DNA of 54,469 bases from a bacterium (GCA_005239955.1 SBAW01000040.1:1-54469), one strand, 5' to 3'; positions 8,203 through 23,599 are shown, counted from the first letter of the stretch. The notes: generated by a model from the letters alone, not told the origin. Numbers and translations are program-made.

Positions 8203-8775
8203 ATGAGGTACGTGGTGTTCGATATAGAAACGAGTAGTGAATTTATCGATGGCGCGTTTGACCCCGCTACGCTTGACCTTGCGCTCGTTGCTACCTACGA
8301 TTCGCAAACAAATCAGTACGACAGTTTTCTTCAACCTGAGCTCCCGCGGCTCTGGCCGATCTTAGAAAAAGCCGATGCAATTGTGGGCTACAACTCCGAC
8401 CATTTCGATATCCCCATCCTCAATAGATTCTACCCGGGCGATCTCTCCAAAATAAAAAGTATCGACCTTCTCAAAGATGTGCGAAAATCCTTGGGGCGAC
8501 GCATCAAACTCGATAGTCTCGCTCAAGCGACACTCGGGCGGGGGAAAATTGGCGATGGGCTTCAAGCAATGAAATGGTGGAAAGAAGGACAGGTAGAGAA
8601 GGTGCGCGAGTATTGTATTGAAGACGTACGCATCACCAAAGAAATTTTTGAGTATGCAAAAAAACACCAGAAACTTAAATACAAGGATTTTGGATCGATC
8701 AAAGAAATTCCTATTGACATCAGTGCCTGGGATATGAGAAGTGGGGATGCGCTTACCTACACACTTCCCTTCTAA
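8203..8775 (+). CDS. DEDD-type 3'-5' exonuclease, RNase H-like fold (PolB-exo/YprB-like)
   Basis: Exo motifs VFDIETS, GYNSDHFDIPIL and YCIEDV. It starts 3 nt after the hisS stop. Confidence 0.75.
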   Translation: MRYVVFDIETSSEFIDGAFDPATLDLALVATYDSQTNQYDSFLQPELPRLWPILEKADAIVGYNSDHFDIPILNRFYPGDLSKIKSIDLLKDVRKSLGRRIKLDSLAQATLGRGKIGDGLQAMKWWKEGQVEKVREYCIEDVRITKEIFEYAKKHQKLKYKDFGSIKEIPIDISAWDMRSGDALTYTLPF

Positions 8776-8939
8776 TCTCTCCGAATTGAGTAATCCCCAG
8801 GATTTGAGAACTTCTCCCCACCCTATCCACAGTCACTCCACGACTGCGTCCACAGTCGCACTTGACCATATTTCTGTGAGCCGGTTGACTAGGGGGGTAC
8901 GTTTGCTCTTCTCGTCCATTAGAGCAGACGTCGCGCACA

Positions 8940-8997
8940 ACTAATGCCGTCCTGTGGAGTACTTGCGCAAGCGAGTACTCCATGGGGCGGCATTAGT
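8940..8997. other. 58-nt imperfect hairpin with a GCAA tetraloop between convergent genes
   Basis: Outer stem ACTAATGCCG/CGGCATTAGT (8940-8949/8988-8997). Inner stem GGAGTACTTGC-GCAA-GCGAGTACTCC (8956-8981). Neither side has a clear U-tract. Confidence 0.6.
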
Positions 8998-9009
8998 CGT
9001 TTATAGTCC

Positions 9010-9819
9010 TTATAGTCCAAAGAGTACGAAAACGACAACGCCCGCAAGCGCGAGACGATACCACGCAAATGGAAGAAGTGTGTGCGTGCGCAAGTATGAA
9101 AGGAGCCAGTGAATAACCGCCATGCCCACCACAAATGACGCGATAAATGCTGCAGCGAGTGAGAGTTCAAATTGCTGCGCGTAGCCATTCGAAAAAAGCT
9201 CAAGAAGTTTTTTACCGCCAGAGCCAATAATAATCGGTGCCGAAAGAAGGAATCCAAACCGTGCCGCCTCGGCGCGTGAGAGCCCCATAAGGAGACCGCC
9301 AACAATAGTCATGCCGGAGCGACTCATGCCAGGAATAAGGGCAAGCGATTGAAAGAGGCCAATAACAATCGCCTTTCCCATTGAGAGCGGCTGCGACCGA
9401 TGAGTCATCCTTTCGACAATGACAAAGAGGATGGCTCCAAAGGCGAGCGTACCAGCTACCAGAAGCGCGCTCCTCCAGGTTGTTTCCATATAATCCTCAA
9501 GGAGAAGCCCGAACAGCACGGCGGGGATAGTACCCGCAGTAAGGCTTAAAAGGAGCGTTTTTGAGGCTGGAGCGACTTCCCTGCCACGGCCTATGAGGAA
9601 CTTGCCAAGAGTCAGGAGAAGACCTACCCAGTCACGCCAGAAATAGACAAGCACAGCCAGGGCGGTTGCGAGCTGGAGTACCGCATCTACTGCAAGGCCA
9701 AAGTCCGTCTCAAGACCAAGCACCTCGCGCGCGAGAATAAGATGACCCGAGGAAGAGATCGGGAGAAATTCCGTGAGCCCTTGGACGATGCCGAGAATGA
9801 TTCCTTCAAGAAGATCCAT
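9010..9819 (-). CDS. uppP: Undecaprenyl-diphosphate phosphatase
   Basis: 269-aa polytopic membrane protein with the BacA signature GLTEFLPISSSGHL. Confidence 0.93.
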   Translation of the reverse strand: MDLLEGIILGIVQGLTEFLPISSSGHLILAREVLGLETDFGLAVDAVLQLATALAVLVYFWRDWVGLLLTLGKFLIGRGREVAPASKTLLLSLTAGTIPAVLFGLLLEDYMETTWRSALLVAGTLAFGAILFVIVERMTHRSQPLSMGKAIVIGLFQSLALIPGMSRSGMTIVGGLLMGLSRAEAARFGFLLSAPIIIGSGGKKLLELFSNGYAQQFELSLAAAFIASFVVGMAVIHWLLSYLRTHTLLPFAWYRLALAGVVVFVLFGL

Positions 9820-9858
9820 GCGCTAGAATGATACCACCACTACCAATAAGAAGTTTCC

Positions 9859-10590
9859 ATGGAAGAACAACCTAAACAATCAATCGCGGTACCCATCGCC
9901 ATCGTCATTGCCGGAGCGATGATTGCGGCAGCCGTCTATTTTATCTACGCGAGCCCGAGCACCCCGTCAGAAGACTTCAACTTGCGCACCGAAGACGTGA
10001 AAGTAAAACCAGTAACGGCAGATGATCACATTATCGGGAACCCAACCGCCAAAATCGTTATTATCGAGTACTCCGACACCGAGTGCCCGTATTGCAAGGA
10101 TTTCCACGTCACCATGCATCGCATTGTGGATGAGTATGGTGCCGACGGGCGCGTCGCCTGGGTCTATCGCCATCTCCCCATTGCTGAGCTTCACTCCAAA
10201 GCGCCCAAAGAAGCCGAGGCGGCTGAGTGTGTGGCGTCCCTTGGCGGCAACACCGCATTTTGGGAATTCCTCGACAAGGTCTACGAGATTACCCCCTCAA
10301 ACAACGGCCTTGATCACTCACTTCTCCCTGGCATCGCGGTAGAGGCAGGTGTTGATCGCGCAAAATTTGAACAGTGTCTTTCGTCAGGACAGTTTACCGC
10401 ACGCATTACGCAAGCCGTTGATGACGGCTTTGCGGCGGGTGCTCAAGGCACTCCCCATAGCGTTTTCGTTGTGAAAGGCCAGTACATTCCGGTTGAAGGC
10501 GCGCAGCCCTATGGCGCGATGAGAAGTAATGTTGAGGCAATTCTCGCCCAGCTTGCCGGTCAATCTGTTGTTCCTGTTACAGGGCAATAG
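9859..10590 (+). CDS. Membrane-anchored DsbA/thioredoxin-fold thiol-disulfide oxidoreductase
   Basis: N-terminal TM segment (VPIAIVIAGAMIAAAVYFIY), CxxC active site in EYSDTECPYCKDFH, and a GTPHSVFV cis-Pro-type loop. Confidence 0.85.
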   Translation: MEEQPKQSIAVPIAIVIAGAMIAAAVYFIYASPSTPSEDFNLRTEDVKVKPVTADDHIIGNPTAKIVIIEYSDTECPYCKDFHVTMHRIVDEYGADGRVAWVYRHLPIAELHSKAPKEAEAAECVASLGGNTAFWEFLDKVYEITPSNNGLDHSLLPGIAVEAGVDRAKFEQCLSSGQFTARITQAVDDGFAAGAQGTPHSVFVVKGQYIPVEGAQPYGAMRSNVEAILAQLAGQSVVPVTGQ

Positions 10591-10635
10591 CACCAAAAAA
10601 CCTGCGCCTTACCTGAATGGTGATGCGAAAATATC

Positions 10636-10663
10636 TAATTAATTCACCATGGTGAATTAATTA
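10636..10663. repeat. 28-bp perfect palindrome TAATTAATTCACCA|TGGTGAATTAATTA (family 1, copy 1)
   Basis: 14 of 14 complementary pairs around the centre at 10649/10650. It lies between the convergent DsbA-like and PD-(D/E)XK genes. The core TTCACCATGGTGAA is shared with 40677..40710 and 41307..41338. Confidence 0.95.
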
Positions 10664-10672
10664 TACAAATAC

Positions 10673-11485
10673 CTATGGAGTCGTGAGGCCGAGCCTGTAG
10701 ATCGTAAGTGAGTTCTCGCCCTCAAACATGTCGGAGGGGTTGGGGAGATAAATGCGTGGCCGGCCGATCTCCTGTGTAGCGTCACGCAAAAGGCGGTGGA
10801 AGAGGGTAAATTCCTCTTCGAGCTTCGTGAAATCGAGCACATAGCGACGTACCTGGGGGCTTCCATCACTGTTGCGGCGTTTCTTGCATTCATGAACAAT
10901 AAAACGTCGGACCTCTTTGCCAAACGACTCCCGAACGGTGTAGTAGTTGAAAAGCGCCTGTATAACAAAGAGCGACTTCCCCGCTCCATCAACGCTGAAC
11001 GAATCGACAAATTTGTGATCGACAATGTCAACGGCACCCTTTCCCCCCTTTGAGGCAACAACCAGGTCTGAAACAGACTTGAGCGGCAGTGGAATCCCCG
11101 GCACGTTCGCGAGCGCTTTTACTTCAACGCCGAGAATGTCGTAGCGCGGCGGCTTCTCAAGATAAAAGGAAACGGCTTGAAGATAGTCTCGCTCCATCGC
11201 GGCACGTTTTTCTTTCTTTGCGGTCTTGGTAACCGCTTTGCCAAAATTAATTTCAAAATCTGCGACATCTCGCAAATGTTCAAGCCCAAGCTCGACGGCT
11301 CCTTTTTTGCCGATGCCGCTATAGAAATGTTCGAGTGCTTTATGCCCCGCCTGACCGACAATTGACGATGGGGTCGAGGGCGTATCGTACACCTGCTCTA
11401 CATAGCGCTTGTACCAAGCAAGAGGGTTCCGTAAAAACGCCATAAGGGAGGAGTGGCTCCAATGAGCAATCGGATATTTTGTCAC
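10673..11485 (-). CDS. PD-(D/E)XK (RecB/Cas4-like fold) nuclease family protein without a Cys cluster
   Basis: N-terminal HSSLMAFLRNPLAWYKRY helix motif and a D...VDIVDHK ((D/E)xK) motif. GTG start at 11485 with TGTTATACT 6 nt upstream. Confidence 0.65.
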   Translation of the reverse strand: MTKYPIAHWSHSSLMAFLRNPLAWYKRYVEQVYDTPSTPSSIVGQAGHKALEHFYSGIGKKGAVELGLEHLRDVADFEINFGKAVTKTAKKEKRAAMERDYLQAVSFYLEKPPRYDILGVEVKALANVPGIPLPLKSVSDLVVASKGGKGAVDIVDHKFVDSFSVDGAGKSLFVIQALFNYYTVRESFGKEVRRFIVHECKKRRNSDGSPQVRRYVLDFTKLEEEFTLFHRLLRDATQEIGRPRIYLPNPSDMFEGENSLTIYRLGLTTP

Positions 11486-11554
11486 AGGGGAAGTATAACA
11501 GGGTGCCCACGAACAATGTCGATTTAATTATTTGATATAGATGAAGACTTTACT

Positions 11555-11572
11555 GTATCGATATATCGATAC
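11555..11572. repeat. 18-bp perfect palindrome GTATCGATA|TATCGATAC
   Basis: Read directly. It shares the CGATATATCG core with the hairpin at 44406..44421 and the GATATATC core with the family 2 palindromes. Confidence 0.9.
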
Positions 11573-11730
11573 ACATACCGATATGCCCGTATATTTCTCC
11601 TATATCGGAGCGCGATAGCCGGATGCTATGCAAGGCGGAGCCGAGCACCGAAGTGAGCCGTACAGAGGGTTGTACGGTGAGCGAGGAGCGCAGGCTCCAA
11701 CGCAGCAGAGCGCCGGATTGCACGCTCCGC

Positions 11731-12954
11731 TTAGTAGCTTTTCAGGCGTTTGGACTTCTCGTGGGTCCTGATACGTTCTAAGGCTTTTGCTTCAATTTGG
11801 CGGATGCGCTCGCGGGTCACCCCGAACTCCTTCCCTACTTCTTCAAGCGTGTGATAGATGCCGTCCATAAGGCCGTGGCGCATCTCGAGGATTTTCCGCT
11901 CCTTGGGCGAGAGGTCGTCGAGAATTTCACGGAGTTGATCGGCAAGGATACGGCGGGCCGATTCCTGGTCGGGCGAGAGAATTTTATCGTCTTTAATAAA
12001 GTCGCCGAGCGTCGATTTATCATCCTCATCCCCAACGGGCGACTCAAGCGACACGGTGTCTTGGTCAATTTTTTCGATGTTGTAGATCTTTTCGACGTCG
12101 ACGCCCATTTCAGTCGCAATCTCTTCGGCCAAGGGGTCGCGGCCGAGGTCTTGGGAAAGGCGGCGCACTACTTGCTTATACTTCGCAATGGTTTCAACCA
12201 TGTGAACCGGAATGCGGATGGTGCGGCTCTGGTCGGCAAGGGCGCGCGTAATAGCCTGACGCACCCACCAGGTGGCGTAGGTGGAAAATTTAAAGCCTTT
12301 CGTGTAGTCGAATTTTTCGACGGCCTTGTGGAGTCCCAGGTTCCCTTCCTGAATAAGATCAAGAAGCGTGAGGTCGGGAGAACGACCCACATATTTCTTG
12401 GCGATTGAGACCACGAGGCGCAAGTTCGCGCGCCACAGAAGATTCTTCGCTTCTTCGTCCCCTTCCGTGATGCGCTTGGCGAGGTCGCGCTCTTCCTGCG
12501 CATTAAGAAGCGGATAGCGGCCAATCTCGCGGAGATACATTTGAATGGAGTCGTAGGCACTGTCTGAGCGTGTGTAGACATTGCGCTTATTCTCGGGAGC
12601 TTCGACTGCTACTTCGAGCATGCCACCACCCTCAAGCACATCAATATTTGCCGTGCCAAACTTTTCGTAGAGCTGCTCGAGGAAAAAGACATCGTCTTCG
12701 ATTTGCGGAAATTCCTTGAGGATCTCGTCGTAAGTCACAAATCCACGCATGCGACCGCGCGCCATAAGGCTTTCGGCTTTGCGGTTAAATTCAATGGTCT
12801 TGCGGTCCAGTTTCGGCAGGCCTTTCCCCGCCTCTTTTGCTTCCTTTTTGACCGGTTTAACGGGACCGCGACGCTTTGCAGCGGCGCTCTTAAAACTGTG
12901 CCGCTTTGCGACTACTGACTTCGGGGTGCTTCGTTTTTTGAGGGTCTTGGCCAT
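11731..12954 (-). CDS. rpoD: RNA polymerase primary sigma factor (sigma70 family)
   Basis: Region 2 motif [13 protein letters not shown], region 4.2 motif [24 protein letters not shown], and a basic N-terminal extension. Confidence 0.93.
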   Translation of the reverse strand: MAKTLKKRSTPKSVVAKRHSFKSAAAKRRGPVKPVKKEAKEAGKGLPKLDRKTIEFNRKAESLMARGRMRGFVTYDEILKEFPQIEDDVFFLEQLYEKFGTANIDVLEGGGMLEVAVEAPENKRNVYTRSDSAYDSIQMYLREIGRYPLLNAQEERDLAKRITEGDEEAKNLLWRANLRLVVSIAKKYVGRSPDLTLLDLIQEGNLGLHKAVEKFDYTKGFKFSTYATWWVRQAITRALADQSRTIRIPVHMVETIAKYKQVVRRLSQDLGRDPLAEEIATEMGVDVEKIYNIEKIDQDTVSLESPVGDEDDKSTLGDFIKDDKILSPDQESARRILADQLREILDDLSPKERKILEMRHGLMDGIYHTLEEVGKEFGVTRERIRQIEAKALERIRTHEKSKRLKSY

Positions 12955-13023
12955 ACGCGATTGGAGGATTATATATGGAGACTGTTTAAATTCATAATCA
13001 TTTCAATTAACCCGTTCATTCCT

Positions 13024-14748
13024 TCACAAGCTTTTCAGACGTATTGATAGTTCATGAGATTTTCCTAAAAGTTCTTTCGTGCGCGCCTCGTCCTTTGCTA
13101 TCTCTGCCTGCCGTAGGTCACCAAGTATCATCTCAAACTCCTCTTTGAGAACCGCTTTCGTCAACTCTCCGTAAAGCTCGCTCATGTGTTTAAGCCCTGC
13201 TGCTTCGGACTCATGAGAAGATTCTGCCGCAAAGGCGAGCGCACTTTCTTGCGGGGCATGCATACTCGCGAAATGATCGAATGCGTCTCCCAGCAGTTTT
13301 TCGGTGCTCTCGCGGGATTCTTTCACTTGGTTCTCGTACGAGCCCCGGAGCCACCCCCACAAACCAAAGAGAACTTCAATAATGCGGTCTTTTCGAAGAA
13401 TTTTCGAAGAAGCGGTCGGGTTCGCAGGAACACGTTCTTCTCTCTCTCCTTCTCCCACACGCTCAAGCGATTCTTTTACTGACGCTTCGGGAAGATCAAT
13501 AGTTTCGGCGACACGCTTTATAAAGTGAGCGCGGTCAAGTGGACTCTCAATGTCTACAATATAGGGAAGGACGGTCTTCTCGACGGCACGGGTAAGCGCG
13601 CGACCCTTGCTGTGCTGACGCACCAAAAGGGCGAGGAAGAAATCGATAAGGTGAACGGAGTTTCTGATAATGGCGTGATAGGTTGGGGCTTTCTGCTCAT
13701 CGCCCGCCACCACATCTGCCGGATCTTTCCCTTCCGGGAATTGTGCGACCTTAAGGTCAAACCCCGCGCGTAGCGCAAGGTAAGCGCCACGGCCGGCACT
13801 CCGTACCCCTGCCGCATCGGCATCGAGGGCAAGGACAAGGCGCTTGGTCATTCGGGAAATAAGGGCGAGATGGTCGGCGGTGAGTGCGGTCCCAGAGAGT
13901 GCCACGGTATTCGGAAACCCTGCCTGGTGAGAGAGAACGAGATCCATTTGGCCTTCAACAAGGATCGCGAAGTCGGATTTTCGCATTGCCGCTTTGGCAA
14001 GATCGTAGCCAAAGAGAATGCGCGACTTATGATACACGTCGGTTTCTGGGGAATTAATGTACTTTGCAGGCTCGGCCCCTTCTTTCGTCGCGCCCGGCAT
14101 GGCCTCAAAGTAACGCCCTGAAAATCCAACGACGCGACCGCTGGGATCCGCAATGGGAAACATAATGCGGCCGCGAAAGCGGTCGTAGACGCGTTTCCCG
14201 CGGGCTGTTTCGACCTCCTTGGCGAGTCCTGCGGCGATAATTTCTGCGTCCGTAAATTTCTGCTTCCCCAAGTGTTCAATGACCCCCTGCCACTCTGGTT
14301 TGGCATAGCCAATGCGGAAACGTGTGATTGTTCCCGGCGCGACTCCTCTCGCCCTGAGGTACCCACGTGCCTTCTCGTGACCTTCAAGGTTTTTTTCGAA
14401 GTAGCGTGTGGCCGCTTCAAGGAGATCGAAGAGTCGCTCGCGTTTATCTTTGGACTCCTTTGGCTCATAGCGAATCTCTACCCCGGCGCGCTCGGCTAAC
14501 TGTTTGAGGGCTCCTTTAAAGTCGAGCCCATCCATGCGCTCGACGAACGTAAAGATGTCTCCCTTCTCGCCACACCCAAAACAGTAGTAGGCGTTGCGTG
14601 AAGGAGAAACGGAGAACGAGGGGGTCCGTTCATTATGGAATGGACAGCGTGCTTTAAAATTGACGCCCGCCTTTTCCAGTTTGACATAGCCTCCGACCAC
14701 CTCGACAATCCCGAGTTTTTCTTTGACTTGTTCTGCGGGACTCGCCAT
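13024..14748 (-). CDS. dnaG: DNA primase
   Basis: Zinc ribbon CPFHNERTPSFSVSPSRNAYYCFGCGEKGD and TOPRIM motifs ILVEGQMDLV and LALDADAAG. The ORF track runs to 14793. The ATG at 14748 has TACAAT 6 nt upstream. Confidence 0.9.
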   Translation of the reverse strand: MASPAEQVKEKLGIVEVVGGYVKLEKAGVNFKARCPFHNERTPSFSVSPSRNAYYCFGCGEKGDIFTFVERMDGLDFKGALKQLAERAGVEIRYEPKESKDKRERLFDLLEAATRYFEKNLEGHEKARGYLRARGVAPGTITRFRIGYAKPEWQGVIEHLGKQKFTDAEIIAAGLAKEVETARGKRVYDRFRGRIMFPIADPSGRVVGFSGRYFEAMPGATKEGAEPAKYINSPETDVYHKSRILFGYDLAKAAMRKSDFAILVEGQMDLVLSHQAGFPNTVALSGTALTADHLALISRMTKRLVLALDADAAGVRSAGRGAYLALRAGFDLKVAQFPEGKDPADVVAGDEQKAPTYHAIIRNSVHLIDFFLALLVRQHSKGRALTRAVEKTVLPYIVDIESPLDRAHFIKRVAETIDLPEASVKESLERVGEGEREERVPANPTASSKILRKDRIIEVLFGLWGWLRGSYENQVKESRESTEKLLGDAFDHFASMHAPQESALAFAAESSHESEAAGLKHMSELYGELTKAVLKEEFEMILGDLRQAEIAKDEARTKELLGKSHELSIRLKSL

Positions 14749-14891
14749 AGCCTTATTGTAGTTCTGCGTGTGCTGAAAATCGATTGTGTGCAAGGCGGGG
14801 GCGAGGAGCGGACCGAGGCCGCCTTTTTGGGGCGGAGGAGGAAGCCCCGGAACCCATAAACGACGCGAGACTCGCGATTTTCAGCACATGC

Positions 14892-21764
<6,873 letters not shown>

Positions 21765-21816
21765 TGTGTGAATTGGTTACGAAGGAAAGGCAGCGGGACT
21801 ATAGCCCCAGAACGCC

Positions 21817-21845
21817 AAAAAGAGGCGCACAAAAATTGCCTCTTT
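21817..21845 (-). terminator. Terminator-like hairpin plus U-tract inside the rpoBC leader (possible attenuator)
   Basis: The minus strand reads AAAGAGGCAATTTTTGTGCGCCTCTTTTT, with stem 21821-21826/21838-21843. It lies about 50 nt upstream of the rpoBC ATG and downstream of the promoter at 21962..21990. Confidence 0.45.
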
Positions 21846-21961
21846 GTTATTAATCGATCCTTATTGATGCGTTGCGGTCTCCCTTCCGCCGCGCGACCCC
21901 CCGTTGTTGCTTTTCAAAACTCCCCCGTTACTCAATCGTTAGCATCAAAGGTTGTGCGGGG

Positions 21962-21990
21962 ATTATAGTCGCGACCGTATATCTTGTCAA
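21962..21990 (-). promoter_or_regulatory. Consensus sigma70 promoter TTGACA-N17-TATAAT driving rpoBC
   Basis: The minus strand reads TTGACAagatatacggtcgcgacTATAAT. -35 is the complement of 21985-21990 and -10 the complement of 21962-21967. This implies a leader of about 190 nt. Confidence 0.7.
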
Positions 21991-22009
21991 ATAAAGACTT
22001 TATGAAGTT

Positions 22010-22039
22010 GGGGAAAACAGAAATCGCCCGGCGGGCGAT
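22010..22039 (-). terminator. Intrinsic terminator of the 22078..22344 gene
   Basis: The palindromic GC stem ATCGCCCG/CGGGCGAT (22023-22039) is followed on the minus strand by TTCTGTTTT. Confidence 0.6.
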
Positions 22040-22077
22040 CCCCGCTAGGCGAATGTAAAATGACTTCCAGAGCGAGC

Positions 22078-22344
22078 TCAATTGGCTGCCTTGCGATCGC
22101 CTGGCGCGAAGATGTGGTAGGGCTCGATTCTTGCGTGAGGGCGCTGAATGTAGAACTGCGACCCAGCGATTTCCTCTTTCAGGAGCTTTTCCAGAACTAA
22201 CAGGGAATCTTTGATGATATCTACGTGGCTTTTGTAGCCACCGTTCTTGAGAATCTGATTGAGTCGCTCCACTGAACGTGGAGAGAGCACAACCTTGAGT
22301 TCGAAGTTTCCACGCTCGGCTTCTTTTGCCATCTCATCGGCCAT
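22078..22344 (-). CDS. Hypothetical protein, 88 aa, possible ribbon-helix-helix fold
   Basis: The ATG at 22344 is preceded by GGAGGTTCCG. FELKVVLSPRSVERLNQILKNGGYKSHVDIIKDSLLVLEKLL has a strand-helix-helix pattern. The ORF track starts further upstream at 22437. Confidence 0.55.
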   Translation of the reverse strand: MADEMAKEAERGNFELKVVLSPRSVERLNQILKNGGYKSHVDIIKDSLLVLEKLLKEEIAGSQFYIQRPHARIEPYHIFAPGDRKAAN

Positions 22345-22492
22345 CGGAACCTCCACGTTGCGCTTTGATCTTAGGGGCTCAAGCCCTGCCCCGTACTCAT
22401 TAAAACGAATACTGAAACTATTTTGAGAGTGAGTCAATATGGCAATATATTGGCATGTTCATTCCGGAATTCTTGAGAATTCCGGAATGAAG

Positions 22493-23134
22493 TTATTTTT
22501 GGCGACGGGATTTTTTCCACTCATTGATTTTGGCGTGGTTGCCCGAGAGAAGAACCTTGGGAACGCGGTACTTCTTACCCTTATAGGAGAGGACCTCGGG
22601 GCGAGTGTAGACCTCGGGAGAAGACACGCGGCCCTCTTCAAGCGATTCGAACTTGCCAAGCACGCCCTTCTTTTGGCGGGCAATTGAATCAATAATGACC
22701 ATCGCCGGCACTTCCCCGCCGGTCAAAATATACGGTCCCACTGAATACTCTTTCGCTTTGAGGGCTTTCGTTACCCGCGCATCGATACCTTCGTAGTGAC
22801 CCGCAATGATAATGAGCTGCTGGTGCTTTTTGGCGAAGTTCTTCGCATCGGCATTGGTAAATTGTTTTCCAGCTGCGGAAGTAATGATGACCGGTACCTT
22901 TCTTCCCTTACGCACCTTATCTACCGCATGAAGAAGGGTTGCGGCATCAAGTACCATGCCGGGGCCCCCGCCGTAGGGACGATCATCCACTTGCTTCCAT
23001 TTACGCTTTGAAAAATTACGCAGCTGATGCGCCTTTATAGAAATAATTTTGTTGCGTACGGCACGCCCAATAATGGAGTGGGCGCTATAACTTTCAATAA
23101 CTTCCGGAAACAATGTAATGACATCAAACCGCAT
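22493..23134 (-). CDS. trmD: tRNA (guanine37-N1)-methyltransferase
   Basis: MRFDVITLFPE N-terminus, DDRPYGGGPGMV, IIAGHYEGIDARV. Confidence 0.93.
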   Translation of the reverse strand: MRFDVITLFPEVIESYSAHSIIGRAVRNKIISIKAHQLRNFSKRKWKQVDDRPYGGGPGMVLDAATLLHAVDKVRKGRKVPVIITSAAGKQFTNADAKNFAKKHQQLIIIAGHYEGIDARVTKALKAKEYSVGPYILTGGEVPAMVIIDSIARQKKGVLGKFESLEEGRVSSPEVYTRPEVLSYKGKKYRVPKVLLSGNHAKINEWKKSRRQK

Positions 23135-23140
23135 AGAAAG

Positions 23141-23168
23141 TCTGTAGTTAGTAGTCTATAGTCTATAG
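23141..23168 (-). repeat. Four tandem heptamers (minus strand CTATAGA CTATAGA CTACTAA CTACAGA) 6 nt upstream of the trmD ATG
   Basis: Read directly. It shares GACTACTAACTA with the nrdB-upstream array. Confidence 0.8.
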
Positions 23169-23181
23169 CGGTAAGTAGTTG

Positions 23182-23213
23182 AAAAGGCAACAGTCACGCC
23201 GGAGGATGACTGT
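23182..23213 (-). terminator. Hairpin plus U-tract between the KH-domain gene and trmD
   Basis: The minus strand reads ACAGTCAtcctccggcgTGACTGTtgcctttt, with the stem at 23190-23196/23207-23213. Confidence 0.5.
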
Positions 23214-23229
23214 CGCACTCATCTTTTTT

Positions 23230-23264
23230 GGACTACGGACTACTGACTATCGACTCAGAACTAG
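23230..23264. repeat. Five tandem heptamers (plus strand GGACTAC GGACTAC TGACTAT CGACTCA GAACTAG), inverted relative to 23141..23168
   Basis: Read directly. The last unit overlaps the stop codon of the KH-domain gene. Confidence 0.75.
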
Positions 23265-23599
23265 AGCTTTAGGTCGTCCATGACCTCATCGAGTGAGCGA
23301 GTCTGTGGTTGCTGTGGACCCTTGCGCTCCGGAATATCTGCCATGGTGCCACCTTCCGGTTCATTGATTTTGAGATTGACCCGCGCATTGTTTTTCATAC
23401 CAACCACGCGCAGGAGTGTGCGAATCGCTTTTGCGGTATTTCCTGAGCGGCCAATGACCTTGCCCATGTCCTCGGGGTTAAGGGAGAGTGTCAAAAGTAC
23501 TCCCATCTCATCGACGGTGCGATTGATCTTTACATCAGCGGGGTGGTCAACAAGACCTTTCACGACAAACTCCAGAAATTCCTGATCTCTTTCAGCCAT
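23261..23599 (-). CDS. KH-domain RNA-binding protein (YlqC/UPF0109-like) with a C-terminal extension
   Basis: FVVKGLVDHPADVKI...LTLSLNPEDMGKVIGRSGNTAKAIRTLL contains the GxxG KH motif. Its position between rpsP and trmD is typical. Confidence 0.85.
   Translation of the reverse strand: MAERDQEFLEFVVKGLVDHPADVKINRTVDEMGVLLTLSLNPEDMGKVIGRSGNTAKAIRTLLRVVGMKNNARVNLKINEPEGGTMADIPERKGPQQPQTRSLDEVMDDLKL

Noticed and set aside
8820-8860. DnaA boxes or a replication origin
   Set aside because: There are only two partial TCCACA words, no AT-rich unwinding element cluster and no dnaA or dnaN nearby. This is insufficient for an oriC call.
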